This document shows, piece by piece, positions 55,673 to 64,000 of a stretch of 64,000 nt of DNA; the first letter of the stretch is position 1; each line of letters begins with the position of its first letter. The notes under the pieces were generated by a model, which saw only the letters and a list, made by a program, of their open reading frames with translations, had not been told where the DNA came from and ran no database searches. Source of the stretch: Magnetospiraceae bacterium (lineage in GTDB: Bacteria > Pseudomonadota > Alphaproteobacteria > Rhodospirillales > JBMYUJ01); contig JBMYUJ010000002.1 of NCBI GenBank assembly GCA_049605255.1, forward strand, positions 9,791 through 73,790, in the 5' to 3' direction. The position numbers were made by a program, and so were the translations under genes.

Positions 55673-57217
55673 GTGAACCAACACCCCTTCGATCTGGCGA
55701 TCGTCGGTGGCGGTGTCAATGGGTGCGGCATCGCGAGAGACGCTGCGGGTCGTGGACTTTCAGTATTTTTATGTGATCAGGGGGACTGGGCAAACGCGAC
55801 CAGTTCGGCGAGCACGAAACTGGTCCATGGCGGTTTGCGCTATCTCGAACATTACGAGTTTCGGCTCGTGCGGGAGTCTCTCAAAGAGCGTGAAGTGCTC
55901 TGGGCCATGGCGCCGCACATTATTCACCCTCTCCGGTTCGTGCTACCCCACAATCCCGCAATGCGCCCAGGATGGATGATCCGTCTTGGCCTGTTTCTTT
56001 ACGATCACTTGGGCGGTCGCAAGGCCCTTCCCGGCACTCAGGTCAGGGATCTGACCACCGATCCACTGGGGCTGCCCTTGCGCGGCAATTTCACCAAGGC
56101 ATTTGAATATTCCGATTGCTGGGTAGACGATGCGCGCCTTGTGGTCCTGAATGCCCTGGATGCCAACGAAAAAGGGGCAACCATTGCGCCCCGAACGCGC
56201 TGCACCCATGCCACGCCCACCAATGGGAAATGGCGGTTAACCCTCGAAGACGCTGAATCGGACACCCCCCATACCATAGATGCCAGCATGCTGATCAACG
56301 CCACGGGGCCTTGGGTATCGCAGTTTGCAACTGAATTTGCCGATCTCCCCACCAAGCATAAAATTCGCCGGGTGAAAGGGAGCCACATCGTGGTGCCACG
56401 TCTGTTCGACCATGATCAGGCTTACATTTTTCAAAACGAGGATCGCCGGATCGTCTTCGCGATCCCCTACGAGAAAAACTTCACGCTGATCGGAACGACG
56501 GACGAGGATTTCGACGCAGACCCCGGCACGGTAAGAATATCGGAACAGGAGATCGAGTATCTCTGCGCCGTCGCCAATACCTATTTCACCACCCGCATTC
56601 AGCCAGATGATGTGGTCTATACCTTTTCGGGCGTGCGGCCCCTCTATGACGACGGCGCCAGCAAAGCGCAAGAAGCGACCCGCGATTATGTTTTGAAGGT
56701 GGATGGGGGCCATGACGGCATCCCCCCCATATTGCATATCTTCGGCGGCAAAATCACAACCTACCGTCGGCTTGCGGAAGAAGTGTTGGATGCGCTCAGT
56801 CCATTTTGCCCCACCATGGGGGCACAATGGACAACAGACAGCACCCTTCCCGGCGGGAATTTCCCCATCAGCGGTATTCTCCCCCAGATTGCCGGATTGA
56901 TGCGGCAATACCCCTTTCTGACTCCCGAACATGGCGAACGGCTCATTCGGCATTACGGTAAACGGGCGACGGATGTTCTCGGCATGGCAACGTCCGTTGC
57001 CGATCTTGGCCCCTGTTTCGGCGCCGATTTATATGCGCGAGAAGTGAATTACCTCCGCGAGAAAGAATGGGCGTTCACGGCGGAAGATGTCTTATGGCGG
57101 CGGACCAAAATGGGCTTGCGACTCGATGCGGCCCAGACACAAGCCGTCGCCGATTATATGGCCCGCCCCCGAACGACGAACGCCGGAATCTCAACGCGAG
57201 GCCCCGCGAATGCTTGA
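55673..57217 (+). CDS. glpD: Aerobic glycerol-3-phosphate dehydrogenase
   Basis: GTG start with a GGGAGG RBS. FDLAIVGGGVNGCGIARDAAGRGLSV..ATSSASTKLVHGGLRYLE matches GlpD. Confidence 0.94.
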   Translation: MNQHPFDLAIVGGGVNGCGIARDAAGRGLSVFLCDQGDWANATSSASTKLVHGGLRYLEHYEFRLVRESLKEREVLWAMAPHIIHPLRFVLPHNPAMRPGWMIRLGLFLYDHLGGRKALPGTQVRDLTTDPLGLPLRGNFTKAFEYSDCWVDDARLVVLNALDANEKGATIAPRTRCTHATPTNGKWRLTLEDAESDTPHTIDASMLINATGPWVSQFATEFADLPTKHKIRRVKGSHIVVPRLFDHDQAYIFQNEDRRIVFAIPYEKNFTLIGTTDEDFDADPGTVRISEQEIEYLCAVANTYFTTRIQPDDVVYTFSGVRPLYDDGASKAQEATRDYVLKVDGGHDGIPPILHIFGGKITTYRRLAEEVLDALSPFCPTMGAQWTTDSTLPGGNFPISGILPQIAGLMRQYPFLTPEHGERLIRHYGKRATDVLGMATSVADLGPCFGADLYAREVNYLREKEWAFTAEDVLWRRTKMGLRLDAAQTQAVADYMARPRTTNAGISTRGPANA

Positions 57218-58295
57218 ATTGCGAAACATCGGTAAGCGCGTCGGCGGGCAATGGCACTTGAAGGATATCTCCCTGCGCCTGGAAAAGGGCACGCTCAACG
57301 TGCTGCTGGGGCCGACGCTTGCCGGAAAAACCAGCCTGATGCGGATCATGGCGGGCCTGGACCAGCCCACGGAAGGCCAGGTATTCACAAACGGACAGGA
57401 CGTCACCGGCGTTTTCGTGCGCAAGCGCAACGTGGCCATGGTCTACCAGCAATTCATCAATTATCCGGCCATGACCGTCTATGAAAACATCGCCTCGCCC
57501 CTGCGGATGGCGGGCGCCGACAAAGCCACCATCGATGCGGAGGTGCATAAGGTCGCCGCGCTGCTGAAGCTGGAACCCTATCTGAAACGCAAGCCGCTTA
57601 ATCTTTCCGGCGGGCAGCAACAGCGCACCGCACTGGCCCGGGCCATCGTCAAGAAGGCGGAACTGGTGTTGCTGGACGAACCCCTGGCCAACCTGGATTA
57701 CAAGCTGCGCGAGGAACTGCGCGAGGAACTGCCCCGCATTTTCGCGGAATCCGGCGCCATTTTCGTTTACGCCACCACCGAACCTTCCGAAGCGCTGTTG
57801 CTGGCGGGCAATACGGCCACCCTGTCTGAGGGGCGGGTGACCCAGTTCGGCCCCACAGTGGAGGTTTTCCGCCACCCGGTGGACCTGATGACCGCGAAAA
57901 CATTTTCCGACCCGCCGATGAACGTGATCTCGGCGCATAAGCAAGGTGATAGGTTCCAGATTGCCGGGGCGCAAGCCGCGCTTCCCCTGCCGCCGACCGC
58001 CGCCGCCCTACCCGATGGCACCTATACTCTGGGATTTCGCGCCCATCACCTGGCGCTTGCCCCGCAGAATGCCCAATGCCTCGCCCTTACGGCGCGGGTC
58101 GCGGTCACCGAAATCACCGGTTCGGAAAGCTTTGTTCACCTGCATTCCCAGGAAGACCGCTGGGTGTTGCTGGCGCATGGCATCCACGATTTGGAGCCAG
58201 AGCAGGAGATCGCCGTGTATTTGGATACGCGCCATATCATCGTTTTTGATGCCCAAGGCAGGACCATGGCCGGCGGCGAAACCCACGGGGCATAG
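57210..58295 (+). CDS. glpS: Glycerol ABC transporter ATPase 1 (Rhizobium glpS-type)
   Basis: Walker A variant [23 protein letters not shown], and LLDEPL. The start overlaps the glpD stop. Gene order matches R. leguminosarum glpDSTPQUVK as I recall it. Confidence 0.8.
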   Translation: MLELRNIGKRVGGQWHLKDISLRLEKGTLNVLLGPTLAGKTSLMRIMAGLDQPTEGQVFTNGQDVTGVFVRKRNVAMVYQQFINYPAMTVYENIASPLRMAGADKATIDAEVHKVAALLKLEPYLKRKPLNLSGGQQQRTALARAIVKKAELVLLDEPLANLDYKLREELREELPRIFAESGAIFVYATTEPSEALLLAGNTATLSEGRVTQFGPTVEVFRHPVDLMTAKTFSDPPMNVISAHKQGDRFQIAGAQAALPLPPTAAALPDGTYTLGFRAHHLALAPQNAQCLALTARVAVTEITGSESFVHLHSQEDRWVLLAHGIHDLEPEQEIAVYLDTRHIIVFDAQGRTMAGGETHGA

Positions 58296-58305
58296 GGAGG
58301 CGGTC

Positions 58306-59376
58306 ATGGCACGGATCGATTTGCAGCATATCCGGCATTCCTATCTGCCCAACCCGGCCTCGGATGCGGATTATGCCCTGAAGGAAGTGCATCACTCCTG
58401 GGAAGACGGCGGCGCCTATGCCCTGCTCGGCCCATCGGGATGCGGCAAGACCACGCTGTTGAACATTATCTCTGGCCTGCTGATTCCGTCAGAGGGCAAA
58501 ATCATGTTCGGCGACACGGATGTTACCCGGCTCTCGACCGAAGACCGCAATATCGCCCAGGTTTTTCAGTTCCCCGTGGTGTACGACACCATGACGGTCG
58601 CGCAGAACCTGGCCTTTCCCTTGCGCAACCGGGGGGTGCCGGAACCCGAAATCCGCGACCGGGTGGCCGCGACCTTGAAGATGCTGGACCTGGAAGGCTG
58701 GGCCAACCGCAAGGCGCGGGGATTGACCGCGGATCAGAAGCAGAAAATTTCCCTGGGGCGCGGCATGGTCCGCCCGAACGTGAATGCCATCCTGTTCGAC
58801 GAACCCTTGACCGTGATCGACCCGCATATGAAGTGGCAGCTCCGCTCCCAGCTCAAACTGCTGCACAAGCAGTTCGGCCATACCATGGTCTATGTGACCC
58901 ATGATCAGACCGAAGCCCTCACCTTCGCCGACACTGTGGTGGTGATGTACGAGGGTGAAATCGTACAAATCGGCTCACCAGAGGCCCTGTTCGAGCGCCC
59001 CAGCCATACCTTTGTGGGCTATTTCATTGGATCGCCCGGCATGAATGTGATGCCGGTAACCGTGGATGGCGCCCAGGCCCGGTTGGGCGGGCAAACCATC
59101 GCCTTGCCGAACGGGGTCGCCGCGCCGCTGGAAGGCAAGACGGAACTGGGCATCCGCCCCGAATATGTGCGGTTCGATGCCGGGGGCATGGCGGCCCGGA
59201 TCACCAAGGTGGAGGATATCGGACGGCAGAAGATCGTCCGGCTCTCGCTGGAAGGTCATGAAATTGCGGCAATCCTGGCGGAGGACGACGCCATTCCCGC
59301 CGAGCCGAAAATCGCCTTCGACCCCAAGGGGATCAACCTTTACGCCAATGATTGGCGCGTGGAATTAGGGGGCTGA
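58306..59376 (+). CDS. glpT: Glycerol ABC transporter ATPase 2 (glpT-type)
   Basis: GPSGCGKTTLL and YVTHDQTEAL are present, along with a MalK-like C-terminal domain. Confidence 0.8.
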   Translation: MARIDLQHIRHSYLPNPASDADYALKEVHHSWEDGGAYALLGPSGCGKTTLLNIISGLLIPSEGKIMFGDTDVTRLSTEDRNIAQVFQFPVVYDTMTVAQNLAFPLRNRGVPEPEIRDRVAATLKMLDLEGWANRKARGLTADQKQKISLGRGMVRPNVNAILFDEPLTVIDPHMKWQLRSQLKLLHKQFGHTMVYVTHDQTEALTFADTVVVMYEGEIVQIGSPEALFERPSHTFVGYFIGSPGMNVMPVTVDGAQARLGGQTIALPNGVAAPLEGKTELGIRPEYVRFDAGGMAARITKVEDIGRQKIVRLSLEGHEIAAILAEDDAIPAEPKIAFDPKGINLYANDWRVELGG

Positions 59377-59379
59377 TCC

Positions 59380-60243
59380 ATGGATAAGACACTCAACAAC
59401 CGCGCCTGGCTGATGGTTCTTCCGGTCCTGTTAATCGTGGCGCTGAATGCCGTGGTGCCGCTGATGACCGTGGTCAACTACTCGGTCCAGGATACCTTTG
59501 GCGATAATATCTTTTTCTTCGAAGGCGCCCGCTGGTTCCGCGAAGTGCTGCAATCGGAACGTTTCCTGGCTGCGTTGGGGCGGCAATTCACCCTGACCGC
59601 CGTGATCCTGGCCATCGAAATTCCCCTGGGTGTGGCGATCGCGTTGGCCATGCCGAAAACGGGGATTTGGTCCTCGGTCTGCCTGGTCCTGATGGCCCTG
59701 CCCCTGTTGGTGCCCTGGAACGTGGTTGGTGCCATGTGGAATATCTTCGCCCTGCCGGATATCGGCTTCCTGGGCTATGTGGTGAACGCGGCGGGCATTC
59801 CCTACAACTTCACCAACCAGCCCACCGCCGCCTGGATCACCGTGGTGCTGATGGATGTTTGGCACTGGACCTCGCTGGTGGTGCTGCTGGCCTATGCGGG
59901 GCTGCAATCCATTGATGATGCGTATTATCAGGCCGCGCGGATCGACGGCGCCTCGCGTTGGGCGGTGTTCCGCTTCATCCAACTGCCGAAGATGAAGCAT
60001 GTGCTGACCATCGCCTTCCTGCTCCGTTTCATGGACAGTTTCATGATTTACACAGAACCCTTCGTGCTGACCGGGGGCGGACCGGGCAATACCACCACCT
60101 TCCTGTCCATTGATCTGGTGAAGGCGGCCCTGGGCGAATTCAACCTGGGCAGCGCCGCCGCCATGAGCATCATCTACTTCCTGATGACGCTGCTGGTGTG
60201 CTGGCTGTTCTATACCCTGACCATGCGGGGAGAAAACAAATGA
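59380..60243 (+). CDS. glpP: Sugar-type ABC permease (glpP-type)
   Basis: Six-TM permease with EAA-loop-like YYQAARIDGASRWAVFRFIQLP. Confidence 0.8.
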   Translation: MDKTLNNRAWLMVLPVLLIVALNAVVPLMTVVNYSVQDTFGDNIFFFEGARWFREVLQSERFLAALGRQFTLTAVILAIEIPLGVAIALAMPKTGIWSSVCLVLMALPLLVPWNVVGAMWNIFALPDIGFLGYVVNAAGIPYNFTNQPTAAWITVVLMDVWHWTSLVVLLAYAGLQSIDDAYYQAARIDGASRWAVFRFIQLPKMKHVLTIAFLLRFMDSFMIYTEPFVLTGGGPGNTTTFLSIDLVKAALGEFNLGSAAAMSIIYFLMTLLVCWLFYTLTMRGENK

Positions 60244-61040
60244 CCCGGCTGCGCTGGCTGATCCCGACCCTGTATATCCTGTTCCTGATGCTGCCGATCT
60301 ATTGGCTGTTGAACATGTCGTTCAAGACCACCAACGAAATCCTGGGCGGGTTCAGCCTGTTTCCCCAGGAATTCACCATCGACAGCTATGTCACCATCCT
60401 GACCGACCCCACCTGGTATAACGGCTATATCAATTCCATCACCTATGTGGTGATGAACACGGTGTTCTCGGTGACCCTGGCCCTGCCCGCCGCCTATGCC
60501 TTTTCCCGCTACCGGTTCTTGGGCGATAAGCATCTGTTCTTCTGGCTGCTCACCAACCGCATGGCGCCGCCTGCCGTGTTCGCGCTGCCGTTCTTCCAGC
60601 TCTATTCAGCGGTGGGGCTGTTCGATACGCCCATCGCGGTTGCCCTCGCCCACTGCCTGTTCAATATCCCGCTGGCGGTGTGGATTTTAGAAGGTTTCAT
60701 GTCCGGCGTGCCGAAGCAGATCGATGAAACCGCGTTTATCGACGGCTATTCCTTCCCCAAATTCTTCGTGAAAATCTTCATGCCGCTGATCGCCAGCGGG
60801 ATCGGCGTGACCGCGTTCTTCTGCTTCATGTTTTCCTGGGTGGAACTGCTGCTGGCCAAGACCCTGACGGCGGTGGAGGCCAAGCCCATCGCGGCGGTGA
60901 TGACCCGCACCGCCAGTACCGCCGGGTACGAGTTGGGCCTGTTGGCCGCCGCCGGGGTGCTGACCATCATCCCCGGGGCCATCGTGATCTATTTCGTGCG
61001 CAACTATATCGCCAAGGGCTTCGCCCTGGGGAGGGTCTGA
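60240..61040 (+). CDS. glpQ: Sugar-type ABC permease (glpQ-type)
   Basis: The start shares an ATGA overlap with the previous gene. The EAA loop is IDETAFIDGYSFPKFFVKIFMP. Confidence 0.8.
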   Translation: MTRLRWLIPTLYILFLMLPIYWLLNMSFKTTNEILGGFSLFPQEFTIDSYVTILTDPTWYNGYINSITYVVMNTVFSVTLALPAAYAFSRYRFLGDKHLFFWLLTNRMAPPAVFALPFFQLYSAVGLFDTPIAVALAHCLFNIPLAVWILEGFMSGVPKQIDETAFIDGYSFPKFFVKIFMPLIASGIGVTAFFCFMFSWVELLLAKTLTAVEAKPIAAVMTRTASTAGYELGLLAAAGVLTIIPGAIVIYFVRNYIAKGFALGRV

Positions 61041-61042
61041 TC

Positions 61043-61330
61043 ATGGATCTCAGTTGGATGGCCTGGACCTGGCAGACCGCCACCTTCTTTTCGGTCATCG
61101 CCGTGTTCCTGGTGGGCATGACAATCTGGGAGCTGGCCCGGCCCGGCGGGGCGCCGCGCTTTGGTATTCTCCATTTGGATACCACCCGCGGGGATCGGCT
61201 GTTTATTTCGTTGTTGACTGCGGCTTATATCCATTTGGCCTGGTTGGGACTGGCGCCGGAAACCTGGCCCCTTTGGGGCGCCACGCTGGTTTCAGTCGCC
61301 GTCGCCGGGATTTATTTCCGATGGGCCTGA
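61043..61330 (+). CDS. glpU: DUF2160-type small membrane protein (glpU-type)
   Basis: The 95-aa protein has three predicted TM segments and starts 2 nt after the previous stop. It is typical of this glycerol transporter family. Confidence 0.7.
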   Translation: MDLSWMAWTWQTATFFSVIAVFLVGMTIWELARPGGAPRFGILHLDTTRGDRLFISLLTAAYIHLAWLGLAPETWPLWGATLVSVAVAGIYFRWA

Positions 61331-61490
61331 ATGTCGTTCTTGGACCCATTCACAGAATTTCGCGTTCGAACCGGTCGGCGCGAAAGACCGTTCCACGGCT
61401 CGAAATGCCGGGAACGCCACAAGAATGTCAGGCGTCGACCCGTCCTGACACCCGTACCGTAAGGTATTTGAACCCTAGGGAGGAAGACCT

Positions 61491-63221
61491 ATGCGATTAA
61501 AACTTATGGCATCCATGGCCGTCATCGGCCTTCTCTGCGCGGCCGGACAGGCCGATGCCGGGATGGCGGAAGCGGAAAAATGGATCAATGACGAATTCCA
61601 ACCTTCTTCACTGTCCAAGGACGACCAAAAAGCGGAGATGGAATGGTTCATCAAAGCGGCCGAGCCGTTTAAGGGCATGGAGATCAACGTGCTGTCGGAA
61701 ACCATTCCGACCCATGAATATGAATCCAAGACCCTGACCAAGGCGTTTGAGGAAATCACCGGCATCAAGGTGAATCACCAGCTGTTGGGCGAAGGCGAAG
61801 TGGTGCAGGCGGTACAAACGCAGATGCAGACCTAGCGCAATCTGTATGACGCCTATATCAACGATTCAGACCTGATCGGCACCCATTCCCGCCTGCAACT
61901 GGCGGTGAACCTTACCGATTTCATGGCGGGCGATGGCAAGGACGTCACCAACCCCATGTTGGATATCGATGATTTCATCGGCAAGTCCTTCACCACCGGC
62001 CCGGACGGCAAGCTGTATCAGCTTCCCGACCAGCAGTTTGCCAATCTTTATTGGTTCCGCAAGGACTGGTTCGACAAACCGGAACTGCAAGCCAAGTTCA
62101 AGGAAATGTATGGCTATGATCTGGGCGTGCCGGTGAACTGGTCCGCCTATGAGGATATCGCCGAATTCTTCTCGGTCCATGTGAAGGAAATCGACGGCGT
62201 CCGTATTTCTGGTCACATGGATTATGGCAAGCGCGCCCCCGATCTTGGTTGGCGCATGACCGATGCCTGGCTGTCAATGGCCGGCGGCGGTTCCGCCGGT
62301 CTGCCCAATGGCCGCCCCATCGATGAATGGGGCATTCGCATGGAGGAAGGCTCTTGTAATCCGGCGGGCGCTTCGGTGACCCGGGGCGGCGGCACCAATG
62401 GCCCGGCGGCGGTTTATGCCATTCGTAAATGGGATGAATGGCTGCGGCAATATGCCCCTCCGGGCGCCGCGAGCTACGACTTCTACCAATCCCTGCCCGC
62501 CCTGTCACAAGGCAATGTGGCACAGCAGATCTTCTGGTATACCGCCTTCACCGCCTCCATGGTGGCGCCCAAGAGCGAGGGGAACAACACCGTCAATGAT
62601 GCGGGCGAGCCCCTGTGGCGCATGGCCCCGTCGCCGCACGGCCCCTATTGGGTCGAAGGCCAAAAGCTGGGCTATCAGGACGCCGGGTCCTGGACCATCC
62701 TGAAATCCACCCCCACCGATCGCGCCAAGGCCGCTTGGCTGTATGCGCAGTTCGTGGTCTCCAAAACCGTGGACGTGAAGAAAAGCCATGTGGGCCTGAC
62801 CTTCATCCGCGATTCCTCCGTGCGCCATCAAAGCTTCACGGATCGGGCCCCGAAACTGGGCGGTTTGATCGAGTTTTATCGCTCCCCCGACCGGGTGCTG
62901 TGGACCCCGACCGGCGTCAACGTGCCGGACTATCCGAAACTGGCGCAACTGTGGTGGCAGAATATCGGCGATGTGAACTCGGGCGCCTTCACGCCGCAAC
63001 AGGCCATGGACCGGCTCGCCGGTGAAATGGACCAGGTGATGACCCGCATGCAGGCGGCGGACGAAAAAGCCAATGTGTATGGCGGATGCGGCCCGCGGCT
63101 AAATCCCGAAAAGGATGCCGCCGAATGGCTTGGCAAGGGCGGCGCCAAGGCCAAGCTCGACAATGAAAAACCGAAAGGCGAAACCATCGCCTACGAAGAC
63201 ATCATCAAGCGTTGGCAATAA
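61491..63221 (+). pseudogene. glpV: Glycerol ABC transporter periplasmic binding protein (glpV-type) interrupted by one in-frame TAG
   Basis: ORFs 61491..61835 and 61905..63221 are in the same frame (offset 414 nt). The signal peptide is MRLKLMASMAVIGLLCAAGQADA. The sequence reads through as ..VQTQMQT-TAG-RNLYDAYINDSDLIGTH.. with no other disruption. Confidence 0.7.
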
Positions 63222-63242
63222 GCCAGAACTCAACTTCTGCCA

Positions 63243-63275
63243 GCCGGGGCCTTCGGGTCCCGGCAGTTTTTTTTT
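63243..63275 (+). terminator. Rho-independent terminator after glpV
   Basis: CCGGGGCC-TTCG-GGTCCCGG is an 8-bp stem with one G-T pair and a TTCG tetraloop. A run of 9 T follows. Confidence 0.8.
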
Positions 63276-63331
63276 ATACTCAGGGTTCGTCTTACTAAAA
63301 TAATCAAAATCATTGTCAGGGAAGCCACGTC

Positions 63332-64000
63332 ATGTCGACTTATATTCTGTCCATCGATCAAGGCACCACATCGAGCCGCGCCATCCTGTTCAACCCGGAC
63401 CTTACCATCAAATCCGTCGCTCAGCAGGAGTTTACCCAGCATTTCCCGCAGAGCGGCTGGGTAGAGCATGACGTGGAGGAAATCTGGCAATCGGTTCTCG
63501 CCACCTGCACGGCGGCCTTGGATAAGGCGGCCGCGAACCCCGAGGATATCGCCGCCATCGGCATCACCAATCAGCGCGAAACAACGGTGGTGTGGGAACG
63601 GGAGACAGGCAAACCGATCCATAACGCTATTGTTTGGCAGGACCGCCGCACCGCCGATTATTGCGACGGGCTGAAGAAAGCCGGCCATGAACCCATGACG
63701 GCGGCGAAAACCGGCCTGGTTCTGGACCCCTATTTCAGCGGCACCAAGCTGCGCTATATCCTGGAAACCGTGCCCGGCGCCCGCCAAGCCGCGCGCGCCG
63801 GAAAACTCTGTTTCGGCACGGTCGATAGCTATCTAATCTGGAAGCTGACCAACGGGGTTTCCCATGTGACCGACGCCACCAATGCGGCCCGCACCTTGTT
63901 GTACAACATTCACGAAAACCGCTGGGATTCAGATCTTTTGGCCCTGCTGGAGGTGCCGGAGCCCATGCTGCCCCGGGTGTGCGATTCCGCCGATGATTTC
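63332..64000 (+). CDS. glpK: Glycerol kinase (3' end beyond window)
   Basis: [53 protein letters not shown] matches the GlpK N-terminal region. The frame is open to the window end. Confidence 0.95.
   Translation, partial: MSTYILSIDQGTTSSRAILFNPDLTIKSVAQQEFTQHFPQSGWVEHDVEEIWQSVLATCTAALDKAAANPEDIAAIGITNQRETTVVWERETGKPIHNAIVWQDRRTADYCDGLKKAGHEPMTAAKTGLVLDPYFSGTKLRYILETVPGARQAARAGKLCFGTVDSYLIWKLTNGVSHVTDATNAARTLLYNIHENRWDSDLLALLEVPEPMLPRVCDSADDF

Overview
GC-rich proteobacterial chromosomal segment, read by eye from the sequence and ORF track with no searches run. About 1-36 kb is a nearly complete Mo-nitrogenase regulon. It contains nifHDK-nifT-fdx-nifY-like-(two unknown ORFs), then nifENX. It also has divergent draT, nifL-nifA, and nifB-fdxN-nifO-like-flavodiiron-2x[2Fe-2S] fdx-nifQ-draG. 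The remaining units are rnfABCDGEH-rseC-like-apbE-(unknown) and nifV-cysE-(unknown)-nifWZM-clpX-(Tat flavoprotein). I can read seven -24/-12 (sigma54) promoters, five of which have TGT-N10-ACA NifA-type UAS nearby. About 36-64 kb holds a LysR regulator plus an FAD monooxygenase, a C-P lyase phosphonate cluster (phnN, phnCDE, phnF, phnGHIJKLM, DUF1045), mmsA next to decayed iol genes, a GGDEF protein, and a Rhizobium-type glycerol locus (glpR, glpD, glpSTPQUV, glpK). The nifLAB/rnf/nifV-clpX gene order resembles Azotobacter, Pseudomonas stutzeri or Azoarcus, while the glp and phn loci look alphaproteobacterial. The most interesting item is a sigma54-promoted, translationally coupled SIR2-like (catalytic His apparently replaced) plus hemerythrin gene pair. 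It sits where draG normally follows draT, while draG has been relocated to the end of the nifB operon. Other items are an unrecognised 88-aa/314-aa coupled pair inside the nifHDK operon and a 135-bp three-hairpin MITE-like repeat family with TA duplications whose ends supply the stop codons of three genes. There is also a 24-bp inverted-repeat element between nifA and nifB, in-frame TAG codons in glpV and iolB, and a likely frameshift at the monooxygenase start. Start codons were chosen by inspection and may be off by a few codons.
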